From contig NC_092564.1 in NCBI RefSeq assembly GCF_037975245.1, forward strand, positions 11,487,891-11,551,890: a DNA stretch of 64,000 nucleotides, in the 5' to 3' direction. The notes under the pieces were generated by a model that worked only from the letters and a program-made list of their open reading frames with translations, ran no database searches and was not told the DNA's origin. Origin of the DNA: Apostichopus japonicus. Its lineage: Eukaryota. Positions 24,651 through 34,822 of the stretch are shown piece by piece (positions within the stretch are counted from its first letter, which is position 1; each line of letters starts with the position of its first letter). The position numbers and the translations under genes are program-made.

Positions 24651-25017
24651 TAATATATGGTATTTATATATTTATTGCAAGGGCAAAATTCATTGAAAAT
24701 ATCCGAAAGTATGTGACCTCAGTTAGATGAAGCTCAGTCCAGAAAGATGCCCTAAACGATGTGGCTATACTTGGGAAACTTTTGCAATACCTCAAAAACA
24801 AACTGGCTTCATAAATGAAATTAGAGATTTGTTTGAATTCATGGGAAATGCACTGATTGGCGTGTTCCATACCCCATAATACATCATGGCTCACAATGGG
24901 TATATCTAGGCCTGAGTAGGGTATCTAAGCCATGTTATGGAAGTAAAACGAAGCTTTCGATCAAAGTTAATTTGATAACTTGATAACTAACTAACTTTAT
25001 TTCTTGAATAAGCGTAC

Positions 25018-25227
25018 CTCTTTTGGTTGACGCCTCCAGTTCCACGGCTCTGACTTTATTATAAACTGACCATGTACGTTGGCTGCAAAATAAGTGACCT
25101 CACTAGTGGGTGTTAACGTAAAGACGACATTCATCCCGCCATCGATCAATTGGCAAACGTCCGGGGTGCAGGGGATCCATTCATGATCAGCCGTCCAACC
25201 ATCAGATGCGACTAACATGTAATCAAT
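25018..25227 (-). CDS. GH81 gene exon (N-terminal domain)
   Basis: Acceptor ttttacttcacctctag|, donor GAG|GTACGC. 70 codons IDYMLVASDGWTADHEWIPCTPDVCQLIDGGMNVVFTLTPTSEVTYFAANVHGQFIIKSEPWNWRRQPKE. Phase 0 in and out. Confidence 0.55.
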
Positions 25228-25750
25228 CTAGAGGTGAAGTAAAACAAGATGATATAAGTATACTATCTCCTCTTGTTCTCCTTTTAAATACTTATCAATT
25301 GTTGCTAAATGTTCTTACCACGAGGAAATGGCAATGATACGGGCCTACATGGACCCACCTGTTATTTTTCTTTCTTTCTGCGGGACAGATATTACCAAAA
25401 CTATACTTTTCTGACAATTTCAGGCATTCATTAGTTTACAGCTCATGTTGGTCGGGGAAACTACTGGAGGGATCCTATCACAATAATTCTTAACTTCATA
25501 GTAACGCATCAAGTTTTTGTCTTTCCAGAATTATAGTAAAAAGAACGAGACCGTGGGAGATGGAAACCATGTAATGTCTTTAATTTTGAAATATTTTTAC
25601 AGAAGTATAGGAAAATCTATTGGCTATGATTATTGGTTTTATGTGGATTGCCAAAAACATGATTACGATGATGTTTTAAGAGTTTTTTGGAGGGAGCAGG
25701 GGGAGGGGCTGACATGTGTTTGGCATCAACAGCATTTCCAATATACATAC

Positions 25751-26108
25751 TTCGTCCAGAAACTGTGCAGCATTGCTCAGTGAGAGTGTGACATCAACCA
25801 TGGCATCTGATAAGTCATTTCCATGACACTGAGCATTTGTTATGGTAGCGGTACCGTAGAACCACACGGGCATTTTACCAGCGTACATGGTAACCATCGA
25901 GGGAGTGCTGACACAGGTTGTAAGGGCTGGGTTTGGTATGTACCAGTAGGTGTAATCGCTCTGAGGGATCACTAACATATTCACGATGTTAATGGCGAAC
26001 GCCATCGTGCCATTTGCATCCGGTATGTTGATGGTAACAGTCATACCGTCACTGGCCAAAGTGCATACAGTTTCATCACACATCTTCATTTGACTAGAGG
26101 AATCCCAC
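25751..26108 (-). CDS. GH81 endo-1,3-beta-glucanase gene, most upstream exon recognised (N-terminal domain; 5' exon(s) not found)
   Basis: Minus-strand acceptor aacctgcag| and donor GAA|GTATGT. 119-codon open frame (WDSSSQMKMCDETVCTLASDG...NAAQFLDE). Phase 2 in, phase 0 out, consistent with the downstream chain. Assignment to GH81 rests on frame continuity, not on a recognised motif. Confidence 0.55.
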
Positions 26109-26590
26109 CTGCAGGTTGAGAACGAAACACGAATGGGTTCAATGCTTCTACTGATATAATATTAAACAATTACAATGTAAGAATGGGTTCAATGCCTCAA
26201 TGCTTCTACTGGTATAATCTTAAACAATTACAATATACGAATGGGTTCAATGCTTCAATGCTCAATGCTTCTACTGGTATAATATTTAACAATTACAATA
26301 TACGAATGGGTTCAATGCTTCAATGCTCAATGCTGCAATTATTCTACTGGTATAATCTTAAACAATTACAATGTACGAATGGGTTCAATGCTTCAATGCT
26401 CAATGCTTCAATGCTTCTACTGGTATAATATTAAACAATTACAATATACGAATGGGTTCAATGCTTCAATGCATCAATGCTTCTACTGGTATAATATTAA
26501 ACAATTACTATGTACGAATGGGTTTAATGCTTCAATGCTCAATGCTTCAATGCTTCTACTGATATAATATTAAACAATTACAATGTACGA
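26105..26590. repeat. Tandem array, ~60-70-bp unit x ~7 (aatgggttcaatgcttcaatgcttctactggtataatattaaacaattacaatatacg)
   Basis: Direct read. Begins immediately upstream (minus-strand sense) of the acceptor of the most 5' GH81 exon found. Confidence 0.9.
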
Positions 26591-27214
26591 GGTGCAACGA
26601 ATAGCAAAGAAGATGATGAATTATAAGGAGACCAAAAAAATTCAGAGTAATTCAGATTAGTGGCAAAACAGAGAATGGAATTGTACGCAGTCGAAAAATG
26701 AAAAAAATATGAGGAGTGTTGAATGATACTTTAGAAACAGGGCTTGCGGTAATTTTTGTTGAACATTTTCGAAATATTAAAAGCATTGCGATGTCGGCAC
26801 AATCGTGAATATGTAGGTGTTCCTAGCTCCAAAGTTCATAAAAGGATTGAATAAGCCATTTTTTTGGGCGAGTATTGTTTATAATGATGATCAATTTTTA
26901 AACCCGATTGCTTCATTTAATACGAAATCTTACTCTGATTCGACGGCAGCAGCATATTGTACGTCTGTGAGCATAGGAATCCGTTTAGTTGCGTGCACCA
27001 CAAGGGATAAGACACCCTCGTCGCTATTACACGACACTTCAGTATAGGCAGTGCCATCGTCAGCCTCTGTCGACATGAAGTAAACATATATTTAGAAATC
27101 AAATGAATTTTATAGTTTGTGTTATACATGAGAGTAACGTTGAGGAGATTAACCCAGAGCAGTCACATTTGTAAATAAAGAAAAAGAAGGAGAAGAAGGA
27201 AATGGAAATATAGT

Positions 27215-27225
<11 letters not shown>

Positions 27226-27306
<81 letters not shown>
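27226..27306. repeat. (TA)40 microsatellite
   Basis: Direct read. Adjacent to the tRNA-like sequence. Confidence 0.95.
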
Positions 27307-27310
<4 letters not shown>

Positions 27311-27359
27311 TATACGTATTTGAAATTGTAGTGAGTTGGAAGAACAGTGAAATATTTCC

Positions 27360-27430
27360 AGCCTCCACCGGGATTCGAACCCGGGCATCCCGCTTTATAT
27401 GTGGACACCTAACCACTAGACTATGGACGC
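27360..27430 (-). tRNA. tRNA-like sequence (anticodon AUA; probable tRNA pseudogene or SINE head)
   Basis: Minus-strand GCGTCCATAGTCTAGTGGTTAGGTGTCCACATATAAAGCGGGATGCCCGGGTTCGAATCCCGGTGGAGGCT folds as a cloverleaf. T-arm CCGGG/GTTCGAATC/CCCGG, D-loop AGTGGTTA. The acceptor stem has one G-G mismatch and the anticodon stem one A-C mismatch. Anticodon AUA (Tyr codon UAU) is not used by canonical tRNA-Tyr (GUA). The sequence is immediately followed on the minus strand by a long (TA)n tract. Confidence 0.45.
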
Positions 27431-27682
27431 TGATTGTCTGATTGTATGTCCAGAGGTTTTAAACCGGTAAGGAAGGTGGTAATTCCACTGTAGGCGTATG
27501 TCGTCGGTATCGAACAATACTAGTTCTATTTTTGGTGACATATTTTGCCTTACTCTATAGATCAAACATGATGGCGATGCTAACCAACTCGAAATCATTT
27601 GTGATCCCTAAAGCCGGATCTCGAAAGAGATACTTTTAACAGACTTTGTTAATGAAACGGAGGTAATAATATATATAAATCT

Positions 27683-28672
27683 AACAGGTAACACCACTGG
27701 CGGATCCAAGGGGGGGGGCCAAGGGGGGCCATGGCCCCCCCCCCCAAAGGTGAGCCAAAAAGTGTTTCCGAACATCCGCTAAATCATATGATTGGAAATT
27801 AAAAAAATCGAGAGGAATAGCAGTGGTAGACTAGTCTAAATCTTTTCGTTTTCTGTTTTAAAATTAAATGCAGAGCTCCCAACTGACCCGTAATTCGCGG
27901 GAATTAGACCCGCATTCTAACACCCAAACCCGCTGACCCGCACAAGCGTCCGAAAAAACCGCATTGTAATTGGCAAGTATACATAACAAAATATGCATCA
28001 AATTTTGACTTAGCAACCATCATTTCTTTAGCATTTAGCATAATAGAGTATAAAACCTCCTTTACAGCATCATTTGAACCTCAAATTAGCCTATAATTCT
28101 TTTCATTGGGGCGAGCAGCGAACATTTTCATGCCACGGGAAAGAATGAATTATCACCTACTATTCAATTTATTGATGTTACACACAAAAAAATGCATATT
28201 TCTCAGAAAATTTTGGGTGACAAAAGCCACCATTTTACATGTAGGCATCACCAGGATTCCAAAAAAATCAAAAGTTCCTTATACCCCTCCCCCAGGACGG
28301 CGATTCGTGGCATGGACCAGCATTTGCCTTCTCAAGAGTTGGGAGCTATGTAAATGTATGAGCATGAGGATTTACAGTTTATAACACCATTTTGCAGTTA
28401 CAGGCTGGTTGTAAGAAATTTATAACCTATAGAGAAATAAAATTTCTTGAGAAAGATGATCCCAACTTTGTTTTATAAATATTTTAGAAAATTACACCTG
28501 GGAAACATTTTTTTAGAAGTAAATTAACATCACCATTGTACACTTTTGTCTCACCAAATTGCATCTGAGGGCATTCAGCAATAGCAAATTTTCCTTAGAC
28601 CCCTCCCCCATATCACTCTAATGCCACTTTGGCCCCTCCCAAACAAAGGCCCTGGATCCGCCAGTGGGTAAC
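27683..28672. mobile_element. ~990-bp non-autonomous DNA-transposon-like element with GGATCC-containing TIRs
   Basis: Left end CAGGTAACACCACTGGCGGATCCAAGGGGGGGGG (27680-27713) is the inverted complement of the right end GGCCCTGGATCCGCCAGTGGGTAACACAGG (28640-28670). Subterminal inverted GAGCTCCCAACTG / CAGTTGGGAGCT copies at 27873 and 28330. No intact ORF inside. Confidence 0.55.
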
Positions 28673-28680
28673 ACAGGCAA

Positions 28681-29000
28681 CTAAAAATTACATTGTGACA
28701 AACGTTTTAACTTTGCAAGATAACATTCTATTCTGCGCATGGACCATGATATGTACGTACTTGTTTCTTCCTCTGGACACTCATAGCTCACGTTTTCACC
28801 GTTGATGGCGGTGAGACAATATGGTGTAATGATAGGGTTTGCATTGTTGAAGATATGGGTCAGCATCGCGCTACCTCTGACCAATGGTAGCTCTAAACTG
28901 CCTTGATCGTTTTGATACATGAAGTCAGCATACATAATATCGAAATCAACCATTTCAGCATCGCCAGAATCTTGAATCCCGACTCGAATACCAGTCAATC
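28681..29000 (-). CDS. Unassigned coding exon, possibly terminal (stop 28681-28683); internal candidate donors at 28792 and 28761
   Basis: Acceptor attcactttcag|. Phase 1 in is compatible with the 31313 donor, giving a Gly codon. (G)LTGIRVGIQDSGDAEMVDFDIMYADFMYQNDQGSLELPLVRGSAMLTHIFNNANPIITPYCLTAINGENVSYECPEEETSTYISWSMRRIECYLAKLKRLSQCNF*. No recognisable domain. Confidence 0.4.
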
Positions 29001-31312
29001 CTGAAAGTGAATTTGATTTTGAAAATCAAATCAATCAATAATACAATTTAAACCTTGGATCCACCCCCTGTACCGTGTATTACAAGATGACTTGAATACC
29101 CTTCCAACTGTTCCACTCCTTACAGATCCTTGACAATACCAATCGTAACCCGATGGTGTAAAGACATTTGTGGCCCAAGAGGACGATCTAACACCTCTGC
29201 CGCCACTCTTACACCATTACCACCATCACTAAGATACGACTACACCCGTGCCAAATCACAATGGCAGCCGTACGGAAGATGCCCGGGTTAATTCTATTTC
29301 AGTTTTTAATTTGTCAAAAAAATGGCTGTACCCACTTACTGTGGTTCTGAATTATGACAGACGAGCTTTATAGATTTAATGTGCACAACACAGCATCTCA
29401 AGAAGAAAAATTATAGGCCTATTCCGATCTAGATTTTCAAACACTGTTAAATTTGCAAAGTAAACAAATCTAAACATATCTAACACATCCTGTCGACAGC
29501 TTAAATTGTTGTTTGTTTTGTCAAGACTTGAACTTACTTTTTACTCTACAGACAAAGGCTTAATCAAAACATATTTCCTAATTTCGATCTGTTTTCTATT
29601 TATGGAAAACACAGCAACTCGACAAGTTGACTCCAGTTTTTTTTTTAAAGATTGCAATGGCTAGATCAGCTTTACAAATAAAATTTTGACAAGTAATTTG
29701 TCTTTGACTTGTTGTCAAGTTTATATGAAAACTCAACAATTTGACTTCCTGTCAAAAGGCACAAATTTGTTGCAAGTCGTCTACTCTATTAAAAGATCCA
29801 CTTTTGGTTTGTGATGTCGTTTTATTGTATCACAATAATAATAATAATAATAATAATACAATACATCTCACGTGTCCCTTCAGGACCACGGTAATTGTCA
29901 GTGCAATGTAATTTCGTTACAAGGGAAGGAAACTTAACCTGTGTAATGCATACTTATAGTTTGCAGATATGATTGAACTGACTTCCAATCTAGAGATTTG
30001 ACATTGTAATGTCAGACAAAATAAATGAATTTATATAAGACTGCATGGGAATAAACAATGAGTCAGGCCTCCTGGAGATTACGTGATCAAGGAAAAGTGA
30101 TTTGTCATTCTATAGATTGATCACGCTCTCAAACCATGGACTGCATGCAATTAACTCGTGCATGGTGAGTTTAATGGATTATTAATAAGCAATAGAAGTC
30201 AAAGTTGTTTATTTGACTTTGTGTTTGAGTATTGTTTGAGGACGTACATGTTTCCTCACGATGGCCTTTATCTCGTGGTATCATTCCTATACCCGCCGAC
30301 GCACGACAGTTTATTGAATGGTTAATATATGTTTGATTAAAACAATGCGCGTGCCCAAATATAACAATTGATTTTGTTTGACTACTCGTGAAGGTGTTCT
30401 TCCGTTAAGACTGTGTTCACTAGGGCACAACTTCTACAATTTACGAGTTTACAAACTTATGCCATATTTTAAATTTGAAGTATAACTAACCCAATAACCC
30501 CTGAGATTGCAACATTTATGTCACCTCATTGTAAGAAAACAAATATAGTAACTATTAGAGTATATATTTGTGTTATAAACAATAAATTGTCAAGTGATCT
30601 CAAAATTTATCAGGAAAAGTTGATATCTCTTCGCCTTCTTTAGCTTTCTGATATGATGCTACAAAAACCGATTTGATAGATCTCTTGGACTTTGGAAGAT
30701 AATAAATTATGTCTATGAAGATTTTATATTCCATTTTTACAAATTTTGTGCCTATTTCGTACATTATTAGATGAATATCATGACAATAATAAAAATTCAA
30801 GAAATATACGATACACCGGGTCAAATTTTCATTCATAGTGTAACATTCTATTTTTGAGTGACACCTTGTGACACATTGAGTAATGCAATACTATTACGTT
30901 GCAATGTTCACTGCACTACATGTGTTATGTCGCTGTAATGTGTGATGGACTGCATTGTTTTTTCCAATCAACTTTCACTGTATTAATTATAACACATCAG
31001 TGTATGACCGTGGACTACACTGCCATCATGGTGTAATTGTTCTTTTTTTTTTGCATTACTGTGTCTTCACCATGAATGGCTATACCTGAATTCATAATAC
31101 AGTTTTGTCGGTATAGTTTCGTTCATTTTTACACTGTTTGTAAGATTATCTATTTGTACAGATACCTTAAATATCAATATTATAGCACCTTACATGATAA
31201 TGATGAGATTTCTGACTTTCTTTACCAAAAAAAAATGGTTTGACTCAAACACCGAATCTCATTTTCACGTAGAACTGATGAGAAATACACTAATTTTCCT
31301 ATTTTTACATAC

Positions 31313-31507
31313 CAGAGAAAGTTGAGAGTGGAGATCCATCTGGCCCAGAATTTGTCTGCTGCATGCCCCCTCCAATTTCAGTTATTTTATCCCAAGGCAT
31401 ACCGTCCCTTCCAGGTGTCAGCTGATAAAATTCATCGGTTCTCGCGGGATCTGTCCATCTGTCTAAGGTGTAAGACTCATATATTATCCCTCTCTCGTCC
31501 ATGATAG
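31313..31507 (-). CDS. Unassigned coding exon (phase 1-1), same reading-frame chain
   Basis: Acceptor attctacacag|, donor TCTG|GTATGT. (A)IMDERGIIYESYTLDRWTDPARTDEFYQLTPGRDGMPWDKITEIGGGMQQTNSGPDGSPLSTFS. Confidence 0.45.
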
Positions 31508-32456
31508 CTGTGTAGAATATTCAACAAAGAATATATAGTCATTCTTCTTTCTTTCAACGCGCTTGTATTATCATAACACGTTTCCTAAGAAGTTGTGTGT
31601 AACTAAATAGTGTCGATATATAGCTATATTGGACATCATAACACAATTGAAAAAAAATGATAATGTGTACATTGAAATGAGTTTAAGTTGTAGAATTAGT
31701 CCTTTCTAGGAGAAATAAAACCAAACAAATATAATTATCTGATAGATGAAAAGTCTGCAGACTGTAGCCTGATCTTTGCTCTTTATCACTTCACATTTAT
31801 GAGCGTTATTGTCGATGGCTGATGCTATTGTCAATATTGTTGTTCAGTGATGATGCATGGTGATGCTGTCGGGTGAGTTTGTTTATATTTATGGCTTGTG
31901 TTCGCCTGCATATAAGCTATATCATTTAAATACAAGTAATGGCCAGAGAAGCTTTACCAGGGAAAGATACCAACTACTTTCTGGCCTCGCGCTCAATAAC
32001 GTTATGCAACAGTGGTATCATAAGTCTATATAGATTTTCCAACTGGTGGGTGTCAGCAGTGGGATTCTGCACACGTTCACAATTCATTAACAAACTCGTA
32101 CAGTATGCAACATAATTCCTAATCTGTGAGCTAAAGAAAGTTTTAAGGTGAACGTTTGGAAAGGTAGCGGAACATTATCATGTAACCACGAATGATATTC
32201 ATTCATTTATTTGTTTTTTTCACATAAATATTACAATGTGAATGGAAGTCTTCTGAAAAGCCTATGCTGGCTTAACAAAACAGAAGACTCCCATGAAGAA
32301 AAGATAGAAAATAGTGAAAATAATGTTAATAACAATACGTAAACGCTTCAATATGTGAATATGCTGCTATGCGACTATGCAGCTAAATCATAATTAATAA
32401 GACATGATAATTTCTTTAGTAAGACATTTACTAAATGTGATATAACCTACACTTAC

Positions 32457-32675
32457 CCGAATGAGGGAACAACCGTATTGGAGATGGCCCAATGTTAATT
32501 TGGTTTGAAGCAAAGTGTCCTGTCGGCAAGGCAGTCTGTTCTCTAAGATTACCTGTCCTAACTGGAGGACAAACGTCATTGAGGTCCGTAGAGGTTCCAA
32601 ATATACCAGAAACATCTTTCATTGAATAAATCGAGTCTTGTAGTTGTATACACGTAGGTGGCAGTCCGCCCATGT
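32457..32675 (-). CDS. Unassigned coding exon (phase 1-1), probably downstream part of the Kunitz gene
   Basis: Acceptor ttgtttatttcgacag|, donor TCGG|GTAAGT (alternative ACAG|GTAATC at 32553). Open frame (D)MGGLPPTCIQLQDSIYSMKDVSGIFGTSTDLNDVCPPVRTGNLREQTALPTGHFASNQINIGPSPIRLFPHS. Phase-compatible with the 33016 donor upstream and the 31507 acceptor downstream. Confidence 0.45.
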
Positions 32676-33004
32676 CTGTCGAAATAAACAATTAAACTTG
32701 CTTTATACATTTCATATACTTTGATCTGATCTTGTTTCTGTTAGTGTTATGCTATATTCAATTTTGTATTAGTTCAGAAATATCAAACTTTCACGTTGAG
32801 TTACACTATGCACAAAGAGAAAATTAACAAGATATATACAAATGATGACGTATGTGAGTTGTCATCCATAAGCCCTCGTGGGTTTCTCCCACTTTTGTGG
32901 TCGCTTAATCGTCGTAATCATAACTGCTGACTATTATTATTATGATATTATTATTATTATTATTAATATTATCATGGTACTTGAGAAGTATATGAGCAAC
33001 CTCT

Positions 33005-33183
33005 TTAGCTCTCACCTCCACATCTGCTCTCACAATCATCTTCACTCCTGAAATTATTGCCATTTCCTTCACAACCTCCGTATTCGAATACGTCACACTT
33101 CCCGGAGGGTGTATCGAAGTACCATCTGAGCTCTACTGCGTCACAGGGACCGACCTCAGCCGGAAGTGTACATACGTCTTCCA
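33005..33183 (-). CDS. Kunitz/BPTI domain exon (domain 2); ends at TAA 33005 or splices on at alternative phase-1 donor 33016
   Basis: Acceptor ctcgacag|. MEDVCTLPAEVGPCDAVELRWYFDTPSGKCDVFEYGGCEGNGNNFRSEDDCESRCGGES*. Second full Kunitz cysteine pattern. A good donor GGAG|GTGAGA sits 11 nt before the stop and is phase-compatible with the exon at 32675. Confidence 0.75.
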
Positions 33184-34078
33184 CTGTCGAGCAATTCGTT
33201 AAAGTACTTTTAATTGGGTACCATTCTCTGTATGCTATTACAGTGTTATACAGACAATACAACATATCAACCCCTTAGCAACCGTTTCCCCTTTAAAAAA
33301 AACCAATCGTTGCTCTACCTCTTGGTTTTGTTGTTGTTATTTTAATACCGTGCATTTTTACTGATCCCCCCCTCCTAGGGGTCAAACAGGGCACCCATTA
33401 TATTCATATTACAGTGTTGGTACGGGATTTCGTGTGGATGGAAACTAAGGGGAGACGGAAGAGGGGTTGGGCAGGGCCACGGGCCACTGATACAGGGGGC
33501 ATGGGGAAACGAAAAATAAATTCAGACATTCTTCCAAATGTCTTACATTAAATAAACTAAGCTAAACAAATGAAAGCTTATACTATACAAATGTGGTTAA
33601 GATTATGGAAATTATAGCTACCATTGTTTTCATCTAAACACTTCTATCTACAACTTTGGTGTCCGGTCCCTTATAACAATGTTAAACTTCGCGGTGAGTG
33701 ATCCGCCGAACATGTTCCTTATATTGTAATGAAGCATTAACAAGTTAAAAGGGCATTAAGACTATCAGTTTTTTAATAAGTCATTTTGATGAAAATTGGG
33801 ATCTCGGTATTTTTTCAACGGGAACCTGACGTTTCCTTTACAAATAATGGCATCTAAATTGCTCCAAAGATTCATCCTGGACGATGGTAAACAGAATCAT
33901 TGGACATCAGTGTCATTATTCTGGACCTTGGTGTCGGAAATCTTGTTAAGTTCGTCTATTATGTAATGATATGCAAAAGTGTGACATCATCAGAATATAA
34001 GCTCATATTTTCCCCAGAATACATATCATACAGGTCACGTGAGTTTCGTGACCTGTGACTTGTCCCGAGACAACTTAC

Positions 34079-34249
34079 TTTGTCCGTGACAAATCTCTTG
34101 GCATTCTTCTCTGGTCATAAAATTATTTTCGTTTCCTTCACATCCTCCGTAAATGAATTCTACACATTCTTCTCGAAGTGGGTCGTATGCCCATCGGGGC
34201 ATGTAGGCTTCACATGGACCGGATGTTATAGGAAGACGACAGTTACCGC
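34079..34249 (-). CDS. Kunitz/BPTI domain exon (domain 1)
   Basis: Acceptor tttctttgttgacgttag|, donor CAAA|GTAAGT, phase 1-1. (G)[56 protein letters not shown] has canonical Kunitz six-Cys spacing C-x8-C-x15-C-x7-C-x12-C-x3-C plus the YGGC motif. Confidence 0.8.
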
Positions 34250-34324
34250 CTAACGTCAACAAAGAAATGTGGAAACACATACATAAGGCAGGAAAAATGA
34301 AAAATTGTACAAAAAACATACAAC

Positions 34325-34383
34325 AAACATTTATATATTCATATATATGTAACCGTATATATATATGAATATATAAATGTTTG

Positions 34384-34418
<35 letters not shown>

Positions 34419-34461
34419 AATATAAATAAATATATATATATAAATGTATGTAATATAAATA

Positions 34462-34518
<57 letters not shown>

Positions 34519-34520
34519 AA
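34325..34520. repeat. AT-rich compound microsatellite ((TA)n / TATATAAA variants)
   Basis: Direct read. Sits in the intron between the TM exon and the first Kunitz exon. It inflates the listed ORF 34331-34945. Confidence 0.9.
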
Positions 34521-34611
34521 TTAATTTTGCATGTTAACACAAAGTTTTCAATAACACGTGAGAAAGCAAAATATTTGACATTTAAAAAGACGTTAACAGT
34601 AATACACCCAC

Positions 34612-34822
34612 CTATCTCCGGCGAGGATGAAGGGGTTCCCTCAAGAGGTTCCGCGTCTTCAGACGTATCCCTGAATCCATAGTAGCAAACCAAAATAAAA
34701 GCCGTAGCAACAATAAGCACCCCCAGTACGATGAAGAAAGTTGTCCAGCCACTTTTCGACTTTGTTTTACTCTCATAACTTTCGGCTGGAACACTCATTT
34801 CATATTTTTCGTTCTTTTCCAT
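34612..34822 (-). CDS. Kunitz-domain membrane protein, exon 1: cytoplasmic tail plus signal-anchor TM helix
   Basis: First in-frame ATG is at 34822-34820 (minus). MEKNEKYEMSVPAESYESKTKSKSGWTTFFIVLGVLIVATAFILVCYYGFRDTSEDAEPLEGTPSSSPEI. Donor ATAG|GTGGGT, phase 1. A 23-residue hydrophobic stretch follows a charged N-terminal tail. Confidence 0.55.

Noticed and set aside
24309-24653. 114-aa ORF rich in F/Y/C with an internal duplication
   Set aside because: Artefact of the 107-bp tandem duplication inside a GH81 intron.
27099-27441. Several overlapping ORFs (IYIYIY..., YIYIYI...)
   Set aside because: Read through the (TA)40 microsatellite and the tRNA-like sequence.
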